Positions 27,161 to 38,408 of a stretch of 64,000 nt of DNA are shown here, in pieces. The stretch is from Haliotis rufescens (Eukaryota). Below the pieces are notes generated by a model that worked only from the letters and a program-made list of their open reading frames with translations, was not told the origin of the DNA and ran no database searches. The position numbers were made by a program, and so were the translations under genes. The stretch's first letter is position 1. Every line of letters starts with the position of its first letter. The stretch is taken from the NCBI RefSeq assembly GCF_023055435.1, contig NW_025964112.1, positions 15,562,001 to 15,626,000 on the forward strand, written 5' to 3'.

Positions 27161-28021
27161 CGAGGTGTTTCCACAATTTCAAAATCTCCATATCGGGTTA
27201 CACAAACAGCCAGAAGGTTTATAAGTTTTGAGAATTACTTTAGAGCCTGGAATGAATCAGTGATCATGTGGACAGTGGTCATGATTGAGGGATGATATGA
27301 CAACAAACATAACTGCTCTTGATGCGCTGTAGGTACATTGAATATTATTCTGCGTCTCTCGGGATGGAGTATATTCTTTTTCTGCATCCAGTTTCAACAT
27401 AATGTGTGATGTGGGCGGTCCATTCTTGTGTCCTTATCCAAATTATGAAATTGACAAATGATCATATTTGAAAATGTATTGCATTGCCTGCTAGAGAGCT
27501 GATTTCAAACTTCAACTCAAGAAGTGATGAAATATGTACATTACATCTATGTATTATTTATATCCATAGTTGATGAAGATTCATTTTTGTCACTTGACAT
27601 TTACATGAATGTTTTAACAAATATATAGTGACTCACTATATATATATATATTTAGTAAGTATAAAACTGATTCCATTATTCTTATAGAAAATAGTAATTC
27701 TTAAGCTGATGAAATATTTCTATTATTTTGAAAATGCTTTTTTTTCCTGCACCATTCTATAAATAGGACTTTTGTTGTTTGAAGTTTCATATAAATTGAG
27801 CATTCAATCAATTCAAAAAGGCCTTCAAATATCATCCATAAAATCAATTTGTATTGACATTTAAGAAACATGCCAATGTTAGTTATTTACTTTTATTTCA
27901 TCAAAAGAATTCAAAATGACAACATATAGCGTATCAACCTTTACCATATCATTAATAGGGCCTACAATAATATTTTATTTGTCTTTATACACCAAGACAT
28001 ATCTGTTCATATCTAGATCTA

Positions 28022-28198
28022 GGGCGGTCGGGTAATCTTGTTGTTAAAGCGTTCACTCGTCATGCCGAAGACCTGGGTTCGATTCCCTACATGGGTACAA
28101 TGTGTTAAGCCCATTTCTGGTGTCCCCCACCATGATATTGTTGGAATATTGCTAAAAGCGGCATAAAACCATACTTACTCACTCACTCACTCAATCAC
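28022..28198 (+). mobile_element. Family B tRNA-derived SINE
   Basis: tRNA-like head with GGGTTCGATTCCC, shared 3' end, (CTCA)n tail, 15-bp TSD TCATATCTAGATCTA. Confidence 0.92.
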
Positions 28199-28714
28199 TC
28201 ATATCTAGATCTAAATTTTAATCTTATCTTATTGTAACTTACTAAAACAAAAGCAAACAAGTGAATTATAAGATGGATAATGTCACTTGACATTTACATG
28301 AATGTTTTAACAAATATATAGTGACTCACTATATATATATATATTTAGTAAGTATAAAACTGATTCCATTATTCTTATAGAAAATAGTAATTCTTAAGCT
28401 GATGAAATATTTCTATTATTTTGAAAATGCTTTTTTTTCCTGCACCATTCTATAAATAGGACTTTTGTTGTTTGAAGTTTCATATAAATTGAGCATTCAA
28501 TCAATTCAAAAAGGCCTTCAAATATCATCCATAAAATCAATTTGTATTGACATTTAAGAAACATGCCAATGTTAGTTATTTACTTTTATTTCATCAAAAG
28601 AATTCAAAATGACAACATATAGCGTATCAACCTTTACCATATCATTAATAGGGCCTACAATAATATTTTATTTGTCTTTATACACCAAGACATATCTGTT
28701 CATATCTAGATCTA

Positions 28715-28891
28715 GGGCGGTCGGGTAATCTTGTTGTTAAAGCGTTCACTCGTCATGCCGAAGACCTGGGTTCGATTCCCTACATGGGTACAATGTGTTA
28801 AGCCCATTTCTGGTGTCCCCCACCATGATATTGTTGGAATATTGCTAAAAGCGGCATAAAACCATACTTACTCACTCACTCACTCAATCAC
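28715..28891 (+). mobile_element. Family B SINE (copy carried by the tandem duplication)
   Basis: Identical to 28022-28198 including TSDs. Confidence 0.92.
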
Positions 28892-30706
28892 TCATATCTA
28901 GATCTAAATTTTAATCTTATCTTATTGTAACTTACTAAAACAAAAGCAAACAAGTGAATTATAAGATGGATAATGTTATTAGATATATCTTCAAAACGTT
29001 CGAAATAAAAAGATTATGAACGTATATCATAGGTCTACTTGCATTTTCAAACTTTGGCAATCAAAATCTGCTAATCTCAGTCGAAAGGTTTAAACTGTTA
29101 CACTTTTACGCTTCTCATTCTTTTCTAACATCTGTTCAGGAAAATATTTAGGTAAGAACAGAAGATCCCGGTCGGAAATACCTTTAACCAGCTGGGCCAC
29201 CACAGGATATTTGACAACTCGTGCCACACAATGTGCTGGGGTTTTGTTATACAAAGGGGCGTCACTCTTCATGACCTTTGACTTTCTTTATTATTCAATG
29301 TTACTTAATGCTCTGTGTGTATAAGTTCGAACCGGATCTACGAAAAATACGATCCATTGTATTTTTGCAACTTTGGTTACTGTTATCTTTTTCTGACTTT
29401 CAAGTGCTCTTGTTGTTCACATTCTTTTAACAAAGGGTACATCCGAATCGAAAAGTAAAAGATATAAGTGTTTCGTATTTTCTGTTTCAGTGTTGCCTAC
29501 AAAACACATCCTGAACCAGGGAATATTTTCGAAATGTATCATTATTTTGATGAAGTGTGCAGGAGGACATATTATGAATTTAATAATTAAGCTACGCATT
29601 CAAATGTCTTGATATCCGCAAAACTCTCACGCTGCGTTTTTTGTGGGTCTTTCTCTCGAAACGCTGTAAGCAATAAAAAAGCTTCCATATTGACTGTTTA
29701 TGTCTCATCAAAAACTAATGGCTTCTAAAAAGAGGGCTAAAAGCAATTTGAAGCATGTAGGTAGGTATGAATCACGCCGAGCTTTCATTTATGTAAACTC
29801 CGTACAAAAAACAGAATCTGCTGTCAAAAAACGAGGGGCAAAGGGCGTGCTTCCTTTTCATTTGATGTTTTTTGGACTCTGCTTTTAGTTGAGATTTCTT
29901 ACGATTATGGAAATATTTTTGTCGCTTTTATTTTCATCACAGTTAAAAAACCCACCCAATTCTAAACGTAACATCAGCATCTAAACAGTCATGACGTCAA
30001 GACTCTATTGATTAAGCGTTCTGATCACGGTTTTAAGACTAATCATGGCTGAATCCTGGGGTAATTGAGGAGCTTGCTTCGAACATATTGCACCACCCTT
30101 ATCGGGAGCCCCATCGGACAAAAAGAGCGCAGCGAAACTGACGCCAAGACAGACCTTTGGGGATGCGAAAAGCTAATCGTCAGATTTCAAAACATTGTGA
30201 GAAAAACCGTTTGCTAGCTTGGAAACAGGTCTTGAAAGTAGAAATAATATACCGACATAGGTCTCGAATCCTGCTGGCCCTGTTGTGGTCAATGCCCCGT
30301 GGGGAAGTGTTTTTGGCGTTAGTTTTATTAATGGTCCATCAAGGCTGCATGTCCCCTGCTGAATACGTATAGGATTAACCCAACTTGCCGTTACGGGAGT
30401 ACCGGTTTCTCAACTTGTGCACTTAAGGAAGAGGTTGTTGTTAGTCGTTTCTCCCCCGTTGGGAATCTGGTTGAAAAGCCAAAAGGTCACCCAATTTCTG
30501 TCGAAAGAACCGATTGAAATAAGGATCGGATGGTCACAATGTGTGGCCTGCCTGATGACGCGTCATCGCACACCATTGACGTGAATCTGTGCTCATGATA
30601 TCGACCTGCTAACCTGATAACTCACCTGCTCTAGAATTGATTACCACAACATATATGAAGCAGAGTGCTAAGTCGGTTGTTCCCCTGATCAAATTAGGAT
30701 AGGGAC

Positions 30707-30717
30707 AATGATGATGA

Positions 30718-30752
<35 letters not shown>

Positions 30753-30760
30753 ATAATAAC
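30707..30760. repeat. Compound (GAT)n(GGT)n(AAT)n microsatellite
   Basis: Direct reading. Confidence 0.9.
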
Positions 30761-31775
30761 AGCAGAATGTACACAAATACGTACTTTAGTAATTAGTAAC
30801 TCCAAAATAATGCGTGATTTTAGAGCTAATTAAGACACTGCTAAGAAATGTATGTAATATATTGTAAATATTTCTTGATATACATGAAAAAATATATCGC
30901 TTGTGTCGAAAGTTTGGCTTTACTATTGAAATGTGCCAAAACACAAATAGTTTGCCAAAGCAGGTCCCGTTTTACAAAGTGATCTCAGTGTCAGGACTGC
31001 TGAAAGTCTACGGGAGTAGCGTTAGTAACGCTGTGATAACGTTTTGAAACGAGGCTCAGGGCCTCTATAACGGTTGGCTACGCAGGATGCTAATGTGTCG
31101 CTTCTATTTCCAGATACGCTCAAGAACCTGAATGACAGCTCGCTTACGGTGGATTCAAAACCAGGAACACATTAGGTAAGACTTAGACATCTTGTTTACT
31201 TGGATGCTCATCAAGGAAAACGACATGGATGTTTTGGTTGACGGAATTTGTCCCAGCGGGTCAGACATTACATGTTAAGCCTTTTTCTGTGGCCTGTATG
31301 TTATGTACAATTTCGATAAAGAAATGTTTCACCGCCAAGCTCAGTGTTCAGAGATTTGTTTACGACACCTACGTAAGTGTGTTTACGGTAACGCTAAACA
31401 CACCTTCCTCGTTCTCTTTCCCGCGCCTCCGATGGTGAACTCTGATGAATGTTTAAGAACCTGCCAATCACATTTTACTGGTCAACATCGAGATTTTAGA
31501 GAGTGGATGCAAAACCAGTTGTATTCTAATCCTTTGTCCTCGTATTACTATTTTACCACTGATGCAACAGTTTCGGGAATAGTTGCTCCCCTTGGTCATG
31601 CCAGTATCCACTGATGCCAGTATCAAAACCCTTATGACACCTGGTTATGATCCTTGGTCGTGCTTAACAAAGTGACACGTTCACGACCTGCATCACAACC
31701 TCTTACAGTTAGCTGGCACACTGTGAACTAACTGAAAGTTGTGTTATATCTAGTTCACTCACTCACTCAGGAATA

Positions 31776-32144
31776 TGAATCAAGAATCAAGAATTTTTAT
31801 TGTACTGAACACCCTCGTAGGGCAGGGTACAGACTATCTACATATGAACATGTATATAATTATAGATATGAAAGGTATATGTATATGATGTACATTATGC
31901 ATAGAGGCATTACATGTTATTTCATTTACATCATATAAACATTTATGTATATTAGGATATTGAACATGTGGTATATAGTCCGGGCAACAAGACTTGACCA
32001 TTCTTTTGGTGGGTTCATAAAGTGTTTTAAGAGGTTGGTTTTATCGGTCTGGGAAGGGTCGCCTATTTCTATCAGTGGGATGAGATTACTCCTAAGGTCT
32101 GTATATAGTGGGCATGAGAGCAGGAAGTGTTCCTCATCCTCCAC
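31776..32144 (-). mobile_element. 5'-truncated LINE 3' end (RTEX/CR1-like)
   Basis: Minus frame EDEEHFLLSCPLYTDLRSNL (end of CCHC knuckle), then 3' UTR, AATAAA and (TTCTTGA)n tail. Confidence 0.8.
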
Positions 32145-33279
32145 GGAATGTGTGGGCGTTTTTGGAACATGTACCTTGTGTCACTGCATGGGTAACCTTA
32201 GAGGTAAGTCAGGTCAGACGCGTTTGGATATAATAATAACGCAGCCCAGCAAGCTCTCAAACAATCCTTCAAAGAGTCCAAACATCAAGATGATTCCGGC
32301 AGACCGTTTGGACTTGGACTAATCCCTGCACATGGGTCACCGAACAATTGATCATGCACATATGGTTTCTGTTTGTAAGGACCTTACTGTGTTAGAACTG
32401 AACCGAAAAATAACGATCATGTCGTACAGGAGAACCCTTTTCAGGTGCAACAACTGGGCGAAACATATGGTCGACTCTTTGCCAAGTCCTGTCTATTTGA
32501 AAAGTCACGTTAATGTCTCCCAAGTGCAGTGAGCAGTTGTTTGACAAAAGTACGCGCATGTTACACAAACAGCTTGTCTACACAGAGGATCCGTATTTGG
32601 TCGAAAACAGAAAGGGAATAACACTAATAAGAGCTAAACGCGTTCCTCTGAACTCTTCGTGTTCATGATTATGTAATGGATACGTTCCCGGGGATTTTTA
32701 AGTGTCTACGAATAGCTGATTTTTTGAGTTGAGTTGGAAAAATACGTTGGGATTATCCCGAAATGCCATTTGAGCACAGCATGACACAGTGGAACGCTGG
32801 ATTGGACGTGTTGGACAGCTTCAAGTGATTGTACTTTAGGTCTTCGGCTAGAGGGCTTTACCCTTCATGCAGCAAGTCGCAGTAAACATGTATATAAAAC
32901 CCATGGTAAATCCGGCCTTAGTCAGCCTACATCTCTTCCAAGAGTGAAGTTACCATGGAAGATCTAACGAAGATAATTTTCGCATTAGTATTTTATACCG
33001 AAACTTGGAGCGAAATCGAGTTGGGTTACAGAGCTAATTGTGCTGTCCTCAAGACTCAAAGTCTGTGGCATACGACGGGAGACGGAACCAAATTAGGCTA
33101 TGATTGCCGTAAATCACACCAAGGGGGTCTCATAATTGGACCCGTCCGTCCCCTACCGACTTTCAACTCCTCGGAGATGACGTCTTCATAAAACTAGGCA
33201 GATTTACTGCAAGCGTTTGTATGATAGACGAGGATTGGGGATGAGGCCAGTTCTCCACTGTCACGCCGCTCTGACCCGC

Positions 33280-33345
33280 TAATTGGCCGGAAGTTGCGCC
33301 ATGCTGGTTATGGCGCGATTTCGCGTCAAACATGGCGATGTCAGT
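33280..33345. promoter_or_regulatory. CpG-rich promoter-like motif cluster
   Basis: AATTGG (reverse CCAAT), CCGGAAGT (ETS) and two YY1-like ATGGCG motifs on opposite strands within 60 bp. Motif match only. Confidence 0.35.
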
Positions 33346-33939
33346 TTTGACAGACGCAAGTGGCGGCATCTGGCGTGGATTCCTGACATTATCCACGTGT
33401 TACTTGTGAAGCAGGTTATAGCAAATTTGGTATGGGTTCTGTGATAGATTGCCTCATAACTTGTCAATGCCAAAGAGCGAACAACATCCCTCTCTTGTTT
33501 ACTCGCGTCTTCCGCTAACGGCGGCAGTGGTTTTGACAAACTGATCCGTTTTAATTTTGCCATGTATGAACTTCTGTCTGTCAATTAATTCGCCACTCTG
33601 ATTATAAACGAACTATTGGAAAGTTATAAATCATTTATCTATAGGCATATCCTTCCTGTTGAAAATCTATTTTGAAATTCATTAATTTAATTTCCGTCTC
33701 TTTTTTTCATTTTATTGTCGATTTACATTACTCTTTTTCACAATAACGGATGTACATATAGTTCTTGTGTCTCCAATGAAGGTATCAACTTTTCTATTTA
33801 TGTCATAAGGATGCTTGTATGATATATGATATTCTTGTATCAATTTATCAAATATGAAATGACTATTTGTCGTATGCACAAAACATCGTGTATTATTGAA
33901 GCAGTAAAAATGAAATAAAATGCAATATTTTTACCAGAT

Positions 33940-34100
33940 CACAACAGCTTTTTTGTCACCGCTGTTATATCACGGTGTGTTAGCTTAATGTGGGAGGAAG
34001 TAAAGAACGAAGGAATGCATGTCTCCAAGTTTACCGCTTTGGTGAAACCTATTCGAGCATTGTGCTGACAAAACCTGAAACATAATCGGGGCGAATTCTG
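33940..34100 (-). mobile_element. Family C 3' part, decayed
   Basis: AGCTTAATGTGGGAGGAA, GGTGAAACC and TGCTGACAAA...ACATAATCGGGGCGAA. Confidence 0.7.
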
Positions 34101-34588
34101 TAATAAGACACGAAGTAAAGTATTGTATTTAGAGGTGACGTAGGAAGAGGTTGGTATGTAATTAAAAACATATTATTTTGATTTATTGTCAATCGGAAAT
34201 GTAAAAGTGCGTTGTAAATCCTACTGCGATCCCACGATCCTTCGCCCCCAGTAGTGACAATATAGAAAATTGATATGAAACCATGAAGGGATGAAGGGAT
34301 AAGGTAACCACAGGTACAGATGCGTGATCCCATTAAGCACCGACCCAGCCCTGCTACGAGCGGTGACCCCATGTAGGAAGGTCATAGATTACATGTACAT
34401 CAAGCTGAAGCACCTGTCACGAGCGTACCTGTCTTGCTAATACACGGTGACAAGTGTAATCAAGCTCAACCAGACGCCACCCCGGCCTTGTCAGACCATC
34501 CCGACTGGACAATTAGCCAGTGGTCACTCTGAATCTCGTGGCACGTGCTATCGTGACGTCGATTAGCTCGTGCAAGCAGTGACCAGAG

Positions 34589-34603
34589 GCGCCACCTGTT
34601 GGC
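34589..34603 (-). promoter_or_regulatory. CTCF-like motif
   Basis: Minus strand GCCAACAGGTGGCGC vs consensus CCASYAGRKGGCRS. Confidence 0.4.
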
Positions 34604-35518
34604 AATTCAGGTCTAAACTCAGAGGTGACGTAAACTAATGACAAATGATGGCCTCACGCAATGAGACAAGCTTCTACCCTCGCTGTAAACAAATGGCCCA
34701 GCAAGGGTAATTAGCTGGTCCGGCATTTGCCGCAACGATTACCATTTGTCATAGACTGACGGGTACTTTATTGAGATAATTAATATAACTGCTTGGATGG
34801 ATAAATTTGGTTTAGAATTGATTTAAATACGAGTGTAATTCACTGGTTTTTGAAAAATAATACATTTCGGAACCTGATGATTTTCTGAGTAAATTACTTT
34901 TTAGAGTTATGGCTGAGTGAAATGGATGATTAAATTCTTCTTCGTGTTTATTTTAATTGTCAGATTTGGAAACAATCCTATTATTTCAACATGCAATCAT
35001 TCGTCAACGGAGACGCGCGTTTCATTTCGAGATTTTAAAAAATCCCGCTGTTATCACAATAATCGCATTGATTCTTTCTTGTTTTGAGTAAATTAGTAAT
35101 AACTGCGTGGAGGGTTGAACATGACTAAGAAGAAAGTCCATATATATATTATTTTTTTCGGAATTTGGTTGAATGGGGACAAGATCAGCGCTAAGCGCTA
35201 GTACGGTTAATTCAAAACGTCAACATGAGCATTGGTTTGTCTGGTGCTACAAAGTATCTGATGGAGATGAAGGCACCAGGTAATAGTAGCCCCAGTCACA
35301 CAGACAGTGCCACAAATGACACTTGGTACAGAATCTAGACACACATTACCAGTCTATGGAGTATGGTCCGCCATTAAGAATTAATTAAAGTAATTAAGAA
35401 TTAATTAAAGTATCATCTATTTTTACCTACATTTACATTCAATATTAACATCGAAACGAAATTTTCATTCCAACTTTAGGATCATTTATTTTGTTATGTA
35501 AACTTACTAAAGTTGATT

Positions 35519-35675
35519 GGTGGCGGGGTAGCCTGGTGGTTAAAGCGTTCGCTCGCCACGCCGAAGACCCGGGTTCGATCCCCTACTGGATACAATGTGT
35601 GAAACCCATTTCCGGTGTCCCCGCCGTGAGATAACTAGAATATTGCTAAAAGCGGCGTACAACTATGCTCACTCT
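35519..35675 (+). mobile_element. Family B SINE
   Basis: GGGGTAGCCTGGTGGTTAAAGCGTTCGCTCG...CCGGGTTCGATCCCC...GCTAAAAGCGGCGTA. Confidence 0.9.
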
Positions 35676-35759
35676 CTATCACACTAACCCTGATTCCTGG
35701 CCATCAATCCGTCTGTGTTCACTTTATCAGGATGCCTTCATATTAAATAGTTCCTTTAT

Positions 35760-36240
35760 AGGTGTAGTTGCGTCCCTTGGCTTGGGCACCCCACAAAACT
35801 ATGATCGTGGATACGAAGCCATCCTGGTTCGTCCCGATTGTTTCTAGGGTTGTGCTCGTGCGTTTCACCAAAGACTTCGTGGTAAACGTCTAAGACCTGC
35901 ATTGTTTGTTTGTTTGTTGTTTAACGCCGCTCTCAGCAATATTCCAGCTATATGACAGCCTTCTGTAAATAAACGAGTCTGGACCATACAATCCAGTGAC
36001 TGACATCATGAGCATCGATCTGCGCAAATGGGATACGATGGCATGCATGAACCAAGTCAGAGCCTGACCACCCGATCCCGTTAGTCGCCTCTTACAGCAA
36101 GCATGGGATGCTGAAGACCTATTCTACCCCGCATCTTCACGGGTCACTTAGACTTGCATTATATCGGGCTTTCCTCCCACATCAAGCTAATAACCGGATT
36201 ACTGTTGAAGCGGCGTTAAACCCAACTCGCTCACTCACTC
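35760..36240 (+). mobile_element. Decayed family C SINE interrupted by family A copy
   Basis: C-type sequence on both sides of the insertion; duplicated AGAC(C/T)TGCATT at the junctions. Confidence 0.75.
35903..36143 (-). mobile_element. Family A copy, full length, single-module subfamily
   Basis: Consensus match from (CAAA)n tail to terminal CCCGTGAAGAT. Confidence 0.9.
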
Positions 36241-37419
36241 CTTGCAATAAGGGTACTCATTAACTGCTAGATTAATATATCTGATAAACACTGAGTTTGC
36301 AGGAAAACTGGGTTTTGAAGAGCGCGAATCACACGTGCAAGGACAGCATCCGGACCGAGTACTCTGTATAGGTTAACGATGTAACTGTCTGTGCAACAAA
36401 ACTGCCATGTTCATCGCAGATAATTTAAAAACAAACCAGCCTTCTTCCTTTGAAATGTCTCCGGAGAAAAAAATATATCATTGTCGGGGCTTGTTATTGA
36501 GTTAAAAAAGGCCCATAACATGTACTTAGTGACGTGCGCTGTAATAAGCAGGGTCTGAACAGAGGCGACCTGTTGTATAAATTGCAATTAGGAAAGGTCA
36601 AATGTCGACGGTGTTGTCAATGGTCCACACTACGTCTTCGCTGTCAGTCGTCGACGTTTAGAACAGGTTTTCGACCACACCAGACTTCAAACAAGCTGCT
36701 GACCAATCAGCGGCCAGCATTGCCATCCGTCGCGGCTTGTGATTGGTCGACTGGAATTTCGGTTGCTTACAATTAAGACGTGTGGGTCATGAGTATGTGA
36801 CTGTAGAGTGGTTAGTTTGATATATGTTTATAAACACTATGTTGTAATACAGATTCCGGTAATTGCATTACCGAGGCATTTGGGGATATAGACGGCACGC
36901 GCGCCAGTTGGACACTCGCTTGGTGCTCATCGCAAGGTAAGACGAGCCAACTGAAACGTGTCTTGATTTTATATGATAATTTAATACTTGTTAATTAATT
37001 TATATGATCGTATTTCTTTCAGGTTTATTTGTGTTTGAAGAATCGGTTTTAAATTTTGATGTCAAATCTTGTGGATCAGAGCTCGTTGTCCACCTGCACT
37101 GCAACTCATTGATTAGAGTTGCGCCCCTTAGCCACTCAGGATCCGATTGCTATGGGTTCGAATCTCAAATTTGCCCCGATAATGAACATTTGTCATGAGC
37201 ACCCTACCAATGGGTTTTACCAGCGTGGCAAGTGGCTATGACAATTTTCGAATTCACTTCGACCTTTCCCATGATATTACGATAAAAGCTGAAATATCTT
37301 TCAAAGCAGCGTCTAACCCAACTCATTCACTCATACGTTAGAACTTCAGTTAAGGTGTCACTGGGCCTGTCCTTACCACGGACTTCGTTTTACTACATGT
37401 ACATGGTAAAGTTATTCTC

Positions 37420-37613
37420 TGGGTCCCGTTTTGCAAAGGCACCGCAGCGCTTCGTTAGAGTTAAGTTCATACTAGTGCTGATGACGCTTTGTGAAATGGG
37501 CCCGGTGCCGTAGTATAGAGCGATCTTAGCGCTAAGTGATCGTAATTCCCATACCTTAACATAGAATTACGACAGTCGTATCGCTAAGGTTGTCTTGTAC
37601 AACGGCACCCCGG
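37420..37613. mobile_element. Two adjacent family E MITE variants
   Basis: GGGTCCCGTTTTGCAAAG...CTTTGTGAAATGGGCCC followed directly by GGTGCCGT...ACGGCACC. Confidence 0.65.
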
Positions 37614-37962
37614 TTTCTTAGTTTAGGCGTACGTACTTTCAATAACGTAAATGGTCTACTGTCTATATATTGGTAATGTGGGTGGAATGGACGTCGTTCA
37701 TGGTTATTTACGATTTTGTATATATTAAGCTATGTAATTTGATTTCGTTCACATTTCATATCAATTCTAATAAAAGTACCAGACACCAAATATCTATTTC
37801 TACTAATAATACAGACAGGATATTTGTTGGTGTATTAATAAACCAACCAGACGACAAGACCAAGGGTACATTCTCATATGATTTTAAACTTAACGCCAGC
37901 AAAAGAATGACAGTTGCCCGGCAGAGAGTTCCATAGACTGATTTCATCTTATCATTATGAGA

Positions 37963-38123
37963 GGGCAGTCGGGTAGCCTAGTGGTTAAAGCGTTCGCTCG
38001 TCCCGCCGAAGACCCGGGTTCGATTCCCGACATGGGTACAATGTGTGAAGCTCATTTCTGGTGTCCCCCGCCGTGTTATTGCTGGAATATTGCTAAAAGC
38101 GGCGTAAAAGCATACTCACTCAC
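37963..38123 (+). mobile_element. Family B SINE, near consensus (head tRNA-Asp/Glu-like)
   Basis: A box TAGCCTAGTGG, B box GGTTCGATTCC, 13-bp TSD TATCA(T/C)TATGA(G/A)A. Confidence 0.93.
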
Positions 38124-38408
38124 TATCACTATGAAACGGTACGATGCATAGGTTTACTAATTGCAGTGAATTAATACGACTACGAATGGGAATGGAAATT
38201 CACAACTCATACATCATAAATCAGTGTCTGCTACATGTTCTCATGAATGTTATCACCTTTGAAATTCACGCATGTTAACAATACTGATATGTGTCTTTGA
38301 ATGAGTATCATGGTTAAATAAACATGGATCCATCGTCATTTTTCTACCCAGAGTTCCCTGCTACGTCATCACTGTGCCAGAACGTAGGCTGCAACATTTT
38401 TAAAAGAT

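Larger units (their letters stand above)
27588..28976. repeat. Perfect 693-bp tandem duplication
   Basis: 27588-28280 equals 28281-28973, with no differences seen (even the (TA)7 length); TGT microhomology at 27588, 28281 and 28974. Confidence 0.95.

Noticed and set aside
29320-29345. miR-100/miR-10-like sequence on minus strand
   Set aside because: Only a partial match with an insertion and no precursor hairpin; no conserved bilaterian miRNA recognised by eye anywhere in the window.
30615-30630. Strong minus-strand donor CAG|GTGAGT
   Set aside because: It lies in a decayed family A relic and has no supporting exon.
33163-33584. Minus-strand ORFs as a first coding exon
   Set aside because: No recognisable domain and weak donor; better explained as GC-rich regulatory DNA.
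37478-37500. Hammerhead ribozyme core (CTGATGA...GAAA)
   Set aside because: No valid stem II/III; it is a mutated family E MITE end. Other CTGANGA hits lack a positioned GAAA.
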